Below, in pieces: positions 22,312 through 33,900 of a DNA stretch of 64,000 nucleotides; the first letter of the stretch is position 1, and each line of letters begins with the position of its first letter. Both the position numbers and the translations under genes were made by a program. The stretch comes from Curvibacter sp. GWA2_64_110 (GTDB lineage Bacteria; Pseudomonadota; Gammaproteobacteria; Burkholderiales; Burkholderiaceae_C), in the NCBI GenBank assembly GCA_001797315.1, contig MGPC01000037.1, forward strand, positions 30,593 to 94,592, read 5' to 3'. Under the pieces are notes generated by a model. That model was not told the origin of the DNA, searched no databases, and worked only from the letters and a program-made list of their open reading frames with translations.

Positions 22312-23186
22312 TATTTTTGGAACTTGTTCATGCTCCAGCCGGCACGCGTGCGGCTGGCCTGGTCGATCAGGCCTTCGAGCGCTTCGCCGTTGCCGTTGGC
22401 GATCATGAGTTCCAGGGCCTGCAGATGGCGCTGGAAGAGTTTTGACTGGGCTAGCAGTTCTTCACGATTGGAGATCAGGATGTCGCGCCAGACATGCGGG
22501 TCGCTGGCGGCGATGCGGGTGAAGTCGCGAAAGCCAGGTCCGGCCAGGGACAGGAAGTCCTTGCCTTGCGGCTGGCCGGCAATCGAATTCATGAGGGCAA
22601 AGGCCAGCAGGTGCGGCAGGTGGCTGACGGAGGCGAAGGCCGCATCGTGTGCCTCAGGGCTCATCTGTTGCACGCGGCAACCTAGCGCGCTCCAGACGTC
22701 AACGGCTTTTTGCAACTGCACGGGCTGGGTGCGGTCGATCGGCGTCAGGATGACCTGCTTGCCGGCATAGAGGTCGGGGTCGGCATGCTCGACCCCGGCG
22801 ACTTCCTTGCCGGCGATCGGGTGGGCCGGCACGAACGAGCCGATATGGTCGCGCAGGGCACGGCGAGCTGCATCGATGACGTCGCGCTTGGTCGAGCCGA
22901 CGTCCATGATCAGCATCTGCGGCGTGACCAGATGGCGGATGGCCTTGAAGGTGGCCTCCGTCGCCGCCACCGGCACCGCGATCAGCACGATGTCGGCGCC
23001 CGACACCGCCAGCAGGGCCGAGGGGGCCTCGACGTCAATGACGCCGAGCTGGCGGGCGCGTTCGGTGGTGGAGGGCGACTTGCTGTAGCCGACGACGCGT
23101 TTGACCAGGCCAGCGCGCTTGAGCGCCAGCGCGAACGAACCGCCCATCAGGCCGCAGCCGATTAAGCCGAGTTGCTCGAACATCAT
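22311..23186 (-). CDS. tyrA: Prephenate dehydrogenase
   Basis: 291 aa with [18 protein letters not shown] Rossmann motif. Start set at ATG 23186, overlapping the pheA stop (ATGA). Its stop TAA shares 1 nt with the aroA ATG. The long N-terminal extension of track ORF 22311..23681 is rejected. Confidence 0.88.
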   Translation of the reverse strand: MMFEQLGLIGCGLMGGSFALALKRAGLVKRVVGYSKSPSTTERARQLGVIDVEAPSALLAVSGADIVLIAVPVAATEATFKAIRHLVTPQMLIMDVGSTKRDVIDAARRALRDHIGSFVPAHPIAGKEVAGVEHADPDLYAGKQVILTPIDRTQPVQLQKAVDVWSALGCRVQQMSPEAHDAAFASVSHLPHLLAFALMNSIAGQPQGKDFLSLAGPGFRDFTRIAASDPHVWRDILISNREELLAQSKLFQRHLQALELMIANGNGEALEGLIDQASRTRAGWSMNKFQK

Positions 23187-24265
23187 TCGCTCACGGGATA
23201 AGTGCCCAGCACTTTGTAGAAGGCGCACAGACCCTGCAGTTCCTGCAGGGCAGCCGCCACCTGCGGTTGGGACGGATGGCCCTGGAGGTCGATGTAGAAG
23301 TAATACTCCCATTGGCCGGAGCGTGCCGGGCGTGACTCGAAGCGTGTCATCGAAACGCCATGCTTTTTGAGCGGCACCAGCAGGTCGTGCACGGCGCCCG
23401 GGCGGTTGGGGACCGAGACGACCAGACTCACGCAGTCCTTGCCCGACGCCTCGGGGGCGGCCAGGGTCTGCGGTAGGCAGACCACGGCAAAGCGGGTGCG
23501 GTTGTAGGCGTCGTCCTGGATGGCGTGCGCCACCACGTGCAGGCCGAACTCGCTGCCGGCACGCTCGCTGGCAATGCCGGCCCAGGCCGGGTTGCTGGCA
23601 GCCAGGCGCGCGCCTTCGGCGTTGCTGGAGGCGGCATGGCGTTCGGCATGCGGCAGGTGGGTATTGAGCCAGTTCTGGCACTGCGCCAGGGCCTGCGGAT
23701 GGGCGTAGACAGCTTCGATGCCTTCGACGGAGTCCGTCAGACGCAGCAGGTTGTGGCGTACCAGCAGGCTGGTTTCGCCGACCACGTGCAGCGGAGAGGT
23801 AAGGAACAGGTCCAGCGAGCGCGACACCATGCCTTCGGTCGAGTTCTCCATCGGCACCACGCCGTACTGGGCACTGCCGGCGGCGGTGGCGCGAAACACT
23901 TCGTCGATGCTGCCGCAGGGCATGCGCTCGATGCTGGAGCCGAAAAACTGCAGGGCGGCCTCTTCGCTGTAGGTGCCGGCCGGACCGAGGTAGGCCACGC
24001 GCTGCAGTGCCTCCAGGGCACGGCAGGCCGACATGATCTCGCGCCAGATGCTGGCCACGCTCTCGCGCTTGAGAGGCCCGGGGTTGTGGGCCTGCAGGCC
24101 GGCAATGACCTGGGCCTCGCGCTCGGGCCGGAACACCGGCGAGCCCTCGACCTTCTTGATCTCGCCGACATCATGCGCCAGGGCGGCACGGCGGTTGAGC
24201 AGGGCCAGAAGCTCCTGGTCCAGGGCGTCGATCTGGATGCGCAGTTCAGACAGGGTTTTGGACAT
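23183..24265 (-). CDS. pheA: Chorismate mutase / prephenate dehydratase (P-protein)
   Basis: About 360 aa: N-terminal CM domain (LSELRIQIDALDQELLALLNRRA), PDT domain and C-terminal ACT (ESRPA motif). Start set at ATG 24265. Confidence 0.92.
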   Translation of the reverse strand: MSKTLSELRIQIDALDQELLALLNRRAALAHDVGEIKKVEGSPVFRPEREAQVIAGLQAHNPGPLKRESVASIWREIMSACRALEALQRVAYLGPAGTYSEEAALQFFGSSIERMPCGSIDEVFRATAAGSAQYGVVPMENSTEGMVSRSLDLFLTSPLHVVGETSLLVRHNLLRLTDSVEGIEAVYAHPQALAQCQNWLNTHLPHAERHAASSNAEGARLAASNPAWAGIASERAGSEFGLHVVAHAIQDDAYNRTRFAVVCLPQTLAAPEASGKDCVSLVVSVPNRPGAVHDLLVPLKKHGVSMTRFESRPARSGQWEYYFYIDLQGHPSQPQVAAALQELQGLCAFYKVLGTYPVSE

Positions 24266-24304
24266 GTTAATTATTTCCCCGCGCACTGTTCGTTACCTGA
24301 GACG

Positions 24305-24408
24305 CATGAGGTGCCAAGACCTCTGCGCAGGCACCCGCGGAACCGGCTTGGCCGGGCCGCTGGGTGCGCCCCCCTTGGGGGGAGGCGCCGAAGGCGCTTC
24401 GGGGGGGC
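24305..24408 (+). repeat. R1 GC-rich structured interspersed repeat, copy C
   Basis: ...GGTGCCAAGACCTCTGCGCAGGCACCCGCGGAACCGGCTTGGCCGGGCCGCTGGGTGCGCCCCCCTTGGGGGGAGGCGCCGAAGGCGCTTCGGGGGGGC. It fills the serC-pheA spacer and appears as PRNRLGRAAGCAP in shadow ORF 23525..24415. Confidence 0.85.
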
Positions 24409-24409
24409 A

Positions 24410-25498
24410 TCATGATTTCTTTTCAAATTCTTGCATGTAGGCCACCAGCGCCTGCACGCCTTCCAGTGGCATGGCGTTGTAGAGGCTGGCACGCATGCCG
24501 CCTACCGACTTGTGGCCCTTGAGCTGCAGCAGTCCGTGTTCGCGCGCCCCGGCCAGGAAGGCTTCGTTGCGAGACTCGTCGCGCAGGAAGAAGGGCACGT
24601 TCATGCGCGAGCGGCAGTTCTTGGCGACGCGGTTGACGTAGAACTGCGAGCTGTCGATGGCGTCGTACAGCAGCCGGGCCTTGGCGATGTTGCGTGCTTC
24701 CATGGCGGCAACGCCACCCTGCTGTTTGAGCCACTGGAAGATCAGGCCGGCCATGTAGATGGCAAAGGTCGGCGGTGTGTTGAACATCGACTGGTTCTCG
24801 GCCACGATCCGATAGTCGAAGGCGCTGGGACAGGCCGGCAGGGCATGCCCCAGCAGATCCTCGCGCACCACGACCAGCGTCAGGCCGGCGGGGCCGATGT
24901 TCTTCTGTGCGCCGCCGAAGGCCAGACCGACGCGCGACCAGTCCACCGGGCGCGAGGCAACCTGGGAGGAAAAATCGACCACCAGCGGCGCCTTGCTGCC
25001 CAGCGCCTGCAGGTCGGGCAATTCGTGGAATTCGACGCCGTGAATGGTCTCGTTGGAGCAGATGTGCACATAGCTGGCATCCGCGCTGAGTTGCCATGCA
25101 GCCGGGGCCGGCAGGGTGGTGTGCCCGTCGGCTTCGCTGCTGGCGGCAATGTTCACGTTGCAGTACTTGCGCGCCTCCTTCAGCGACTTCTGGCTCCAGC
25201 TGCCAGTCAGGACAAAGTCGACGGTGCCGCTACGCGACAGGTTCAGCGGCACGATGGCGTTTTCCGCCAGGCCGCCGCCCTGCATGAACAGGATGTGGAA
25301 GTTCTTTGGAATGGCCAGCAGTTCGCGCAGGTCGGCCTGGGCCTGCTCGTAGATGCTGATGAATTCCTTGCCGCGGTGGCTCATCTCCATCACGCCCATG
25401 CCGCTGCCATGCCAGTCCAGCATTTCGCTGGCGGCCAGTGTCAGCACCTCGGGGGCGATGGTGGCCGGGCCGGCCGAGAAATTGAAGGGTCGAGCCAT
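24410..25498 (-). CDS. serC: 3-phosphoserine/phosphohydroxythreonine aminotransferase
   Basis: 362 aa (FNFSAGPA N-terminus, class V aminotransferase). Its ATG shares 1 nt with the gyrA stop (TGATG). Confidence 0.95.
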   Translation of the reverse strand: MARPFNFSAGPATIAPEVLTLAASEMLDWHGSGMGVMEMSHRGKEFISIYEQAQADLRELLAIPKNFHILFMQGGGLAENAIVPLNLSRSGTVDFVLTGSWSQKSLKEARKYCNVNIAASSEADGHTTLPAPAAWQLSADASYVHICSNETIHGVEFHELPDLQALGSKAPLVVDFSSQVASRPVDWSRVGLAFGGAQKNIGPAGLTLVVVREDLLGHALPACPSAFDYRIVAENQSMFNTPPTFAIYMAGLIFQWLKQQGGVAAMEARNIAKARLLYDAIDSSQFYVNRVAKNCRSRMNVPFFLRDESRNEAFLAGAREHGLLQLKGHKSVGGMRASLYNAMPLEGVQALVAYMQEFEKKS

Positions 25499-28122
25499 CA
25501 GGCCTCGTCTCCTTCGGCGGTTTCGCTGTCGGTCGGGTTGGCGTCGTTTTCGACGATGCGCTGCAGGCCGCTGAGCTTGGCGCCTTCGTCCAGGCCGATC
25601 AGGGTCACCCCCTGGGTGGCACGGCCGAGCTCGCGGATTTCGCTGACCCGGGTGCGCACCAGCACGCCGCGGTCGGTGATCAGCATGATCTCGTCGTCGG
25701 CATGCACCAGCGTGGCGGCGACGACCTTGCCGTTGCGCTCGGACTGCTGGATGGCGATCATGCCCTTGGTGCCGCGGCCGTGGCGTGTGTACTCGGTGAT
25801 GCTGGTGCGCTTGCCGTAGCCGTTTTCGGTGGCCGTCAACACGCTTTGCTGCTCGTCTTCGGCCACCAGCATGGCGATCACGCCCTGGCCTTCTTCGAGC
25901 ATCATGCCGCGCACGCCACGCGCGTTGCGGCCCATGGGGCGCACGTCGTTTTCGTCGAAGCGCACGGCCTTGCCGCCATCGGAGAACAGCATCACGTCAT
26001 GCTTGCCGTCGGTCAGCGCGGCACCGATCAGGTAGTCGCCCTCGTCGAGGTCGACGGCAATGATGCCGGCCTTGCGCGGGTTGCTGAATTCGTCCAGCGC
26101 GGTTTTCTTGACGGTGCCCATGGAGGTGGCCATGAACACATAGTGATCGGCCGGGAAGCTGCGGAACTCGCCGGTGAGCGGCAGCACGACGTTGATCTTC
26201 TCGCCCTCTTGCAGCGGGAACATGTTGACGATCGGACGGCCGCGCGAGCCGCGCGAACCTGCCGGCACTTCCCACACCTTGAGCCAGTACAGGCGGCCGC
26301 GGTTGGAGAAGCACAGGATGTAGTCGTGCGTGTTGGCAATGAAGAGCTGGTCGACCCAGTCGTCTTCCTTGGTGGCGGTGGCCTGCTTGCCGCGGCCACC
26401 GCGTTTCTGAGCGCGATATTCGCCCAGGGGCTGGCTCTTGATGTAGCCGCTGTGGCTGAGCGTCACCACCATGTCGGTGGGCGTGATCAGGTCTTCGGTA
26501 CTCAGATCGAAGGAACTGTGCTCGACCAGGCTGCGCCGGACCCCCAGTTTGCCCTGGCCGAACTCCTGCTTGATGGCGCCGAGTTCTTCGCTGATGATGA
26601 CCGACACGCGTTCCGGCTTGGCCAAGATGTCGAGCAGGTCCTCGATCTCGGCCATGACTTCCTTGTACTCGGCGACGATCTTGTCCTGCTCCAGGCCGGT
26701 CAGGCGCTGCAGGCGCATCTGCAGGATTTCCTGCGCTTGCGTGTCGGACAGGCGGTACAGGCCGTCCTGGCCCATGCCGTAATTCTTTTCCAGACCGTCC
26801 GGACGGTAGTCGTCGGCGTTGACCACGCCGCCGTCAGCGCGGGTGCGTGTGAGCATCTCGCGCACCAGCTTGCTGTCCCAGGGCTTGGCCATCAGCTCGG
26901 CCTTGGCCACCGGTGGGGTGGGGGCGTTGCGGATGATGGCGATGAAGTCGTCGATGTTGGCCAGTGCCACGGCCAGGCCTTCGAGCACGTGACCGCGCTC
27001 GCGCGCCTTGCGCAGGTTGAAGACCGTGCGCCGCGTCACGACTTCGCGCCGATGGTCGAGGAAGACTTCGATCAGGTCCTTCAGATTGCACAGCTTGGGC
27101 TGACCGTTGATCAGCGCCACCATGTTCATGCCGAAGGTGTCCTGCAGCTGGGTCTGCTTGTACAGATTGTTGAGCACCACCTCGGGCACTTCGCCGCGCT
27201 TGAGTTCGATCACCACCCGCATGCCGGACTTGTCGGATTCGTCCTGGATGTGGCTGATGCCTTCGATCTTCTTCTCGTGCACCAGTTCGGCGATGCGCTC
27301 GAGCAGGCTCTTCTTGTTGACCTGATAGGGCAACTCGTCCACGATGATGGACTGGCGCTGGCCCTTGTCGATGTCCTCGAAATGGCATTTGGCGCGCATG
27401 ACCACGCGGCCACGGCCGGTGCGGTAGCCATCCTTGACGCCGCTCATGCCATAGATGATGCCGGCGGTGGGAAAGTCCGGCGCCGGCACGATCTCCATCA
27501 ACTCGTCGATGGAAGCCTCGGGTTTGCGCAGCAGGTACAGACAGGCGTCCACCACCTCGTTGAGGTTGTGCGGCGGAATGTTGGTCGCCATGCCGACGGC
27601 GATGCCGCCGGAACCGTTGACCAGCAGGTTGGGCAGGCGGCTGGGCAGGACCAGCGGCTCTTTCTCCGAACCGTCGTAGTTGGGGCCGAAATCCACCGTT
27701 TCCTTGTCGATGTCGGCCAGCATTTCATGCGCGATCTTGGCCAGACGGATTTCGGTGTAGCGCATGGCAGCGGCGTTGTCGCCGTCGACCGAGCCGAAGT
27801 TGCCCTGACCGTCCACCAGCATGTGGCGCATGGAGAAGTCCTGCGCCATGCGCACGATGGTGTCGTAGACCGACTGGTCGCCGTGCGGGTGGTATTTACC
27901 AATGACGTCACCGACGATACGGGCCGACTTCTTGTACGGCCGGTTCCAGTCGTTATTGAGTTCGTGCATCGCATACAGCACGCGTCGGTGTACCGGCTTG
28001 AGGCCGTCCCGCGCATCTGGCAGGGCTCGCCCCACGATCACGCTCATGGCGTAATCGAGGTAGCTGCGCCGCATTTCCTCTTCAAGGCTGATAGGCAGGG
28101 TTTCTTTGGCGAACTGGGTCAT
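25498..28122 (-). CDS. gyrA: DNA gyrase subunit A
   Basis: 874 aa ([36 protein letters not shown]) with an acidic C-terminal tail. Confidence 0.98.
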   Translation of the reverse strand: MTQFAKETLPISLEEEMRRSYLDYAMSVIVGRALPDARDGLKPVHRRVLYAMHELNNDWNRPYKKSARIVGDVIGKYHPHGDQSVYDTIVRMAQDFSMRHMLVDGQGNFGSVDGDNAAAMRYTEIRLAKIAHEMLADIDKETVDFGPNYDGSEKEPLVLPSRLPNLLVNGSGGIAVGMATNIPPHNLNEVVDACLYLLRKPEASIDELMEIVPAPDFPTAGIIYGMSGVKDGYRTGRGRVVMRAKCHFEDIDKGQRQSIIVDELPYQVNKKSLLERIAELVHEKKIEGISHIQDESDKSGMRVVIELKRGEVPEVVLNNLYKQTQLQDTFGMNMVALINGQPKLCNLKDLIEVFLDHRREVVTRRTVFNLRKARERGHVLEGLAVALANIDDFIAIIRNAPTPPVAKAELMAKPWDSKLVREMLTRTRADGGVVNADDYRPDGLEKNYGMGQDGLYRLSDTQAQEILQMRLQRLTGLEQDKIVAEYKEVMAEIEDLLDILAKPERVSVIISEELGAIKQEFGQGKLGVRRSLVEHSSFDLSTEDLITPTDMVVTLSHSGYIKSQPLGEYRAQKRGGRGKQATATKEDDWVDQLFIANTHDYILCFSNRGRLYWLKVWEVPAGSRGSRGRPIVNMFPLQEGEKINVVLPLTGEFRSFPADHYVFMATSMGTVKKTALDEFSNPRKAGIIAVDLDEGDYLIGAALTDGKHDVMLFSDGGKAVRFDENDVRPMGRNARGVRGMMLEEGQGVIAMLVAEDEQQSVLTATENGYGKRTSITEYTRHGRGTKGMIAIQQSERNGKVVAATLVHADDEIMLITDRGVLVRTRVSEIRELGRATQGVTLIGLDEGAKLSGLQRIVENDANPTDSETAEGDEA

Positions 28123-28361
28123 GGAGCGCTCGGGTCAGTAGCGTGGGCAATCTGCCATTTTAAGGTGCAGGCTTTGTGGCTTCATAGCAACAAAGTGAGG
28201 GCTTGTTGGTTTGTAACCGGCTGTGTCGGCATTTTGGCAATTGAAGCCCATACGGTATGTGGCACAATGGCACAGACCGTTCGGGTGGTAGTCACATGTG
28301 CATGCCATCTTTTCTTCATTAATCGCAGCCTTGCTGCAGCTTTTTCCGCCAGAGGAGAACC

Positions 28362-28988
28362 ATGAAAAAACTGAATAAAGTGGCAATGTTGATTGCAACG
28401 GCAGCTCTCGCTACCGCCGCCGGTGCCCAGTCTACCGACAACTGGGTCAGCGGTTCTGGTATCGCTGTGAAGAATGGCACCAACGAGCTGTGCTGGCGCG
28501 ATGCCAACTGGACCCCCGCTACGGCCGCCAAGGGCTGTGACGGTGCCATCGTTGAAGCGCCCAAGGCTGTTGTGGCTGCTCCCGCTGCTGCGGCTGCCAA
28601 GCCGGCTGCTAAGAAGCCGGCTGTTGCTGCCACCAAGGTGACCTATGCTGCCGACGCCTTCTTCGACTTCGACAAGGCTGTGCTCAAGCCCGAAGGCAAG
28701 GCCAAGCTGGATGATCTGGCCCAGAAGGTCAAGGCGATCAATCTGGAAGTGATCATCGCCGTCGGCCACACCGACTCGGTGGGTACCGACGCTTACAACC
28801 AGAAGCTGTCGATCCGCCGCTCTGAGGCTGTCAAGGCTTATCTCGTGTCCAAGGGCATCGAGAAGAACCGCGTGTACACCGAAGGCAAGGGCGAGAAGCA
28901 GCCTGTTGCTGACAACAAGACCAAGGAAGGTCGCGCCAAGAACCGTCGCGTGGAAATCGAAGTGGTCGGTACCCGTCCCAACAAGTAA
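28362..28988 (+). CDS. OmpA-family peptidoglycan-associated outer-membrane protein
   Basis: Signal peptide, Ala/Pro-rich linker, and C-terminal OmpA domain ([43 protein letters not shown]). Confidence 0.9.
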   Translation: MKKLNKVAMLIATAALATAAGAQSTDNWVSGSGIAVKNGTNELCWRDANWTPATAAKGCDGAIVEAPKAVVAAPAAAAAKPAAKKPAVAATKVTYAADAFFDFDKAVLKPEGKAKLDDLAQKVKAINLEVIIAVGHTDSVGTDAYNQKLSIRRSEAVKAYLVSKGIEKNRVYTEGKGEKQPVADNKTKEGRAKNRRVEIEVVGTRPNK

Positions 28989-29007
28989 TCCACCGGATTG
29001 CCTGCAG

Positions 29008-29034
29008 AACCCCGCCTCGGCGGGGTTTTTGCTT
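29008..29034 (+). terminator. Rho-independent terminator after the ompA-like gene
   Basis: AACCCCGCC-TCG-GCGGGGTT followed by TTTTGCTTT. Confidence 0.8.
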
Positions 29035-29076
29035 TATGCGTGTTCTTCTGCCGCTGCCCTGCCCGATAATTGCCCG

Positions 29077-29796
29077 ATGACTTCTACGCTGAATGCCGAT
29101 CCGGCCGAACTGGCCAAGTTTTCCGAGCTGGCCCACCGCTGGTGGGATCCCGAGAGCGAGTTCCGTCCCTTGCACCAGATCAACCCGTTGCGGCTGGACT
29201 GGATCCATGGCCAGGTGCCCTTGCAGGGGCGGCAGGTACTCGATGTCGGTTGCGGCGGCGGCATTCTGGCCGACGCCATGGCGCGCAAGGGGGCCTGCGT
29301 GACGGGCATTGACTTGTCGGCGAAGGCGCTGAAAGTGGCCCAGCTGCATGCACTCGAAGCCCAGACGCCCAATGTGCAATACCGCGAAGTCAGCGCCGAG
29401 GCGCTGGCGGCTGAGCAGCCGGCCGGTTTCGACGTGGTGACCTGCATGGAAATGCTGGAGCATGTGCCGGACCCGGCCTCGGTGGTGCAAGCCTGCGCCT
29501 CTTTGGTCAAGCCGGGTGGCTGGGTGTTTTTCTCCACCCTCAATCGCAATCCCAAATCATTCCTGTTTGCAATCGTCGGCGCCGAGTACCTGCTCAAGCT
29601 GCTGCCGCGCGGCACCCACGAGTACGCCAAGATGATCCGTCCCAGCGAACTGGCCCGCTACTGCCGCCAGGCCGGGCTGGAGTTGGCGCAGACGCGCGGC
29701 ATGGAATACAACCCCTTGACCCGGCGCTACTGGCTCAGCGCCGATACCAGCGTCAACTACCTGTTTGCCGTGCGCAGACCCCTGGCGGGGGCATGA
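29077..29796 (+). CDS. ubiG: Bifunctional 3-demethylubiquinol 3-O-methyltransferase / 2-polyprenyl-6-hydroxyphenol methylase
   Basis: 239 aa with [26 protein letters not shown] and SAM motif [12 protein letters not shown]. Confidence 0.92.
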   Translation: MTSTLNADPAELAKFSELAHRWWDPESEFRPLHQINPLRLDWIHGQVPLQGRQVLDVGCGGGILADAMARKGACVTGIDLSAKALKVAQLHALEAQTPNVQYREVSAEALAAEQPAGFDVVTCMEMLEHVPDPASVVQACASLVKPGGWVFFSTLNRNPKSFLFAIVGAEYLLKLLPRGTHEYAKMIRPSELARYCRQAGLELAQTRGMEYNPLTRRYWLSADTSVNYLFAVRRPLAGA

Positions 29797-30467
29797 TGAG
29801 GGGGTTTAGCGGTATCGAGGCCATCCTGTTCGACCTGGATGGCACGTTGATCGACAGCGCGCCTGATCTGGGTGCTGCGGCCGACAAGATGCGGACTGAC
29901 CGTGGTCTGCCGTCGCTGGCGCCCGAGGTCTACCGCCCCATGGCCGGCGCCGGCGCGCGCGGCATGCTGGAGGTGGCTTTGGGCCTGACGCCCGAGCACC
30001 CCGAATTCGTCGTCATGCGCGAGGAATTTTTCACCAACTACGAAAACTGCATGACGCAGCGCACCTATGCCTTTGCCGGCGTGGCAGAACTGATCGAGCG
30101 CTTGCAGCAGCGCCCGCTGGCCTGGGGTGTGGTCACCAACAAGTCGCAGCGTTTTACCGAGCCGCTCACCAAGGCCATGCCGCTGTTTGCCAGTGCCCGT
30201 ACCATCGTCAGTGGCGACACCACGCCCCATGCCAAACCGCATCCGGAACCCCTGTTCGAGGCGGCGCGGCGTCTGCGGCTGCATCCGGAGCGCTGCCTCT
30301 ATGTCGGCGACGACGAGCGCGACATCGTGGCCGGCCGCGCCGCCGGCATGGGCACGGTGGCGGCCACCTATGGCTATCTGGGGCAAAAAAGCGATGTGGC
30401 CAGCTGGGGCGCGCACGCCACGATAAATTCTCCGGTCGAGCTCTTGCAATTGCTGGACCCGGCCTAA
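29793..30467 (+). CDS. HAD-superfamily phosphatase (phosphoglycolate phosphatase Gph / MupP-like)
   Basis: 224 aa with [12 protein letters not shown] motif I and GDDERD motif. ATGA overlap with the ubiG stop. Confidence 0.85.
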   Translation: MMRGFSGIEAILFDLDGTLIDSAPDLGAAADKMRTDRGLPSLAPEVYRPMAGAGARGMLEVALGLTPEHPEFVVMREEFFTNYENCMTQRTYAFAGVAELIERLQQRPLAWGVVTNKSQRFTEPLTKAMPLFASARTIVSGDTTPHAKPHPEPLFEAARRLRLHPERCLYVGDDERDIVAGRAAGMGTVAATYGYLGQKSDVASWGAHATINSPVELLQLLDPA

Positions 30468-30480
30468 AATAGACAACTCA

Positions 30481-30857
30481 GGGGCTGCACTGGTTTCGAC
30501 GTGGGTTCGGACACGCAGCAGGGCATGTCGAGGTTCTGTCACCTCGTAAAACCGCAGAAAAAAACTAACTGCAAACGACGAACGTTTCGCACTCGCCGCT
30601 TAATCCGGTGAGCCTTGCAACAGCAGGCCGATAGGCTGGGCAAGGGCGGTCGCAAGACTGTCCAGGCTGCAAGGGAATTCATATCGGCTGGCATGTCACC
30701 GGGTACCTTGGTGATATGCGAGATTCAAGGGTACTGGCCTGATGCGTAGCGTGCCGCTGCGCGACGCATCGGGCGAGATCCAAATCAGACGGCTACACAT
30801 GTAGAACTGCGCGAAGAAGGCTTGCGGACGGGGGTTCAAATCCCCCCAGCTCCACCA
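30481..30857 (+). ncRNA. ssrA: tmRNA (SsrA), tag peptide ANDERFALAA
   Basis: 5' GGGGCTGCACTGGTTTCGACG and 3' GGACGGGGGTTCAAATCCCCCCAGCTCCACCA form the tRNA-like domain ending in CCA. The resume ORF is GCA AAC GAC GAA CGT TTC GCA CTC GCC GCT TAA at 30570-30602. Confidence 0.97.
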
Positions 30858-30864
30858 ATCTCCC

Positions 30865-30899
30865 AAACCCGGCCGGCCACGGTCGGGTTTTCCCTTTTC
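30865..30899 (+). terminator. Rho-independent terminator after ssrA
   Basis: ACCCGGCC 30867-30874 pairs with GGTCGGGT 30881-30888 (one G-U pair) and is followed by TTTTCCCTTTTC. Confidence 0.7.
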
Positions 30900-30968
30900 G
30901 GGCTTCTGTTTCTTGTCTTGTATAGTCGTTCGAGCAAGACAAAGAGAAGGCTGATCTTGGAAAATGCC

Positions 30969-33900
30969 ATGACCTTCACCTACCAGGGGTCCTTGGTAGT
31001 GTTCTCGGTCCTCATTGCCATCTTTGCTGCCTACACTGCCCTGCGCCTGGCTTTCCGGTTGGCGTGGGTCAGCCGGGCAACACGTCCTTACTGGATTGCC
31101 GGTGGCGCCTGTTCCATGGGCATCGGCATCTGGGCCACGCATTTTGTCGGCATGCTGGCGGTTCGTCTACCGATACCGGTGGCCTACGACCCCTGGCTGA
31201 CGGCCGTTTCGCTGTCGCCGGCCATTCTGGCTTCTGTCATCGCGCTGTCGGTACTGAGCCGGCCGCAGGCCAGTGCCGCGACCCGTTTCATGGCCTCGGT
31301 GCTGATGGGGCTGGGTATCGTGGCCATGCACTACAGCGGCATGGCGGCCATGAAGATGGCGCCCCCCATCGCGTACGACCTTGCCCTGTCCGTCCTGTCG
31401 CTGCTGATTGCCGTCGGTGCCAGTTGGGTCGCCTTGCATCTGTTTTTCCGCAAGCGTACGGGAGCGACGCCCGTGGAACACCGGTTCGCCAGTGCCGCGC
31501 TCATGGGCCTGGCAATTGCCGGCATGCACTACACCGGCATGACCGCCGCGGAGTTTTCGCCCGATGCGGTCTGTACCGTTGCGTCCAGCGGTCTGGGTGG
31601 CAGCACCATCGGCCTGTTCGTCGGCTTGCTGGCGGTGCTGGTGCTGGCCGCTTCGCTGGCGCTGACCTTCTATGACGAGGTGATCGGCGAGAACAACTTC
31701 TACAAGGCGCTGCTGGCGGCCCAGTCGGCTGCTGGCGAAGGGGTTCTGCTGATCGAGAAGGACCGCGTGATCTATGCCAACCCCGCCATGGAGCGTCTGA
31801 GCGGTTATTCGCAGGCCGAACTCAAGGCACTGCCGACTTGGAAGGGGCTGGTCGATGATGCCGGAGCGGAGCTCCTGCTGCCTGACGGTGCGCCAGGCCT
31901 GTTGCCGGTGCCGAGTTCGGGCCGCCGGGAAGTGGTGTTGCGCATGCGCGATGGGCGGCATGGGGCGTGCGAAGCGGTCATGACCCGCTTCCGGCATGGC
32001 GAGGTCGACCGGCAGCTGCTGGTGTGCATTGACATCTCCGAGCGCAAGGCGGCGCAAGAGGCATTGCAAGCGCGCGACGCACAGGCGCGCGATCTGGCCC
32101 TGGTGGCGGCGCGCACCGACAATGCCGTGATCATCACCGATGCCCGAGGGGTGATCCTCTGGGCCAATGAGGGCTTCGAAAAGATCACCGGCTACAGCCT
32201 GGAGGAGGCCCTGGGCCAAAAGCCGGGGCGGCTGTTGCAGGGGCCGGACACCGATCCCGGGGTGCGGCGCATGATCTGTGCGCAACTGGCGCGCGGCGAG
32301 GGGTTCGAGACGGAGATCGTGAACTACCACAAGTCGGGCCGCAAATACTGGATTGCGATCGATGTCAAGCCGGTACACGACGAGGCGGGTGAGCTGGTCA
32401 AATTCATTGCCATCGAACGCGACATCACCGAGCGCAAGTTGTCCGAGGCCGCCCAGCGCCAGAGCGAAGCGCGCCTGAACGAGGCGCAGCACCTGGCGCG
32501 GCTGGGCAGCTGGGAATTCGACCTGCCGCGCGACGAGTACATCCTGTCGGATGAAGCGTTGCGTATCCATGAACTGACGTCCCCGACGGGCCATGTGCCC
32601 CGCGCGGCAGTGGCTGCGCTGGTTCACCCGGATGATCTGGGGCCGCTGCGTCAGCAGCGGGCGCAGGCACTAGTCAGCCTGGGGACCTTCTCGACCCAGC
32701 TGCGGCTGGTTTTCCCCGACGGGCGCCTCAAGCATGTGCATCTGCGTGGTGGGGCGCATGGCGATGAAAAGGGCAATCCGATCCGTTTCAGTGGCTCGAT
32801 CCAGGACATCACCGAGCAGAAGCAGGCCGAGCAGGCCCTGCGCAGCCTGAACGAGACGCTTGAGCAGCGGGTGCTGGACCGAACGCATGAGCTGGAGCAG
32901 CAGCGCGCCTTCACCGAAACCATCATCAACACGGCGGAGACGCTGATTTTCGTGCTCGACCACCGCGGCTGCTTCGTGCGCTTCAACGGCGCCTGCGAGC
33001 GGCTGACGGGCTACCGTTTCGAGGAGCTGCGCGACCGGCCGATCTGGGCGTACGTGATTCCGCCGGAGCGACGGGCGGAAGTGCAGCTCAAGCACGAGAA
33101 CCAGACCTCACCCGACAAGCTGCAGCGCATGCTGGAGGTGGAGTGGCTGACGCGCGACGGCCAGCGTCGCCTGATCTCCTGGTGCAACGCCATGCTGACC
33201 GACGAGGCCGGCCGGCTGCAGTACATGATCGGCACCGGCATCGACATCACCGAGCGCAAGCGCGCCGAATTGGCCCTGATCGAAGCCAACCAGAACCTGA
33301 GCCGCACCATCGCCACCCTGCGCGACACCCAGTCGCAGCTGGTGCAATCGGAAAAAATGGCTTCGCTGGGCGCCCTGGTGGCCGGTATTTCCCACGAGAT
33401 CAACACCCCGATCGGCATCGGCGTGACCTCGGCCACCACGTTGCAGGAGGAATTCAAAGGCTTGAGCCGGGCCTTTGACGGCGGCACGCTCAAGCGCTCG
33501 TCGCTGGAGCGCTTCATTGCGCATGGTCTCAACGGTTGCGACATCCTGGTCAACAACCTGCTGCGTGCGGCTGAACTGATCCGCAGTTTCAAGCAGGTGG
33601 CGGTGGACCAGTCGAGCGAAGAATGGCGCCATCTCAACCTGCACGACTACATTGACGAGATCATCATCAGCCTCAAGCCGCGGCTCAAGGGCAGCACGGT
33701 CCAAGTGTTCAATGCCAGCAACCGCCATCTCACGATCCGCACCCATCCGGGGGCGATCTACCAGATCCTGAGCAATCTGCTGCTCAATGCCCTGACCCAT
33801 GCCTATGAGCCGGGGCGGCCTGGCCGGATCCGGATTTCGGCCGAGCAGGTGGGTGAAGAACTCCAGCTCGACTTTGCCGACGACGGCAAAGGCATTTCGT

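Noticed and set aside
22311-23681. N-terminally extended versions of real genes in the ORF track. Examples: tyrA as 456 aa; dctP from 7320; lapB from 17886; folA ORF to 49819; GlcD-like ORF to 53418; DUF962 ORF to 55701; ComEA-like ORF to 14760; aroC ORF from 59057.
   Set aside because: The extensions overlap the preceding gene out of frame and are Arg/Pro/Gly-rich. Canonical N-termini with SD sequences or stop/start overlaps are found at the internal starts used in the feature table.
25702-28365. Very long antisense ORFs opposite real genes. Examples: 25702..28365 (887 aa, opposite gyrA), 20524..22770 (748 aa, opposite aroA::cmk), 8508..10532 (674 aa, opposite oxoprolinase), 41131..42879 (582 aa, opposite glnA), 18410..20143 (577 aa, opposite rpsA), 3960..5663, 31167..32627, 34019..35329, 44477..45670 and 45469..46929.
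   Set aside because: Their translations are low-complexity and Arg/Ala/Gly/His/Gln-rich with no recognisable domains. The opposite strand encodes unmistakable conserved proteins with GC3-rich codon usage. Stop-poor antisense frames are expected in high-GC DNA.
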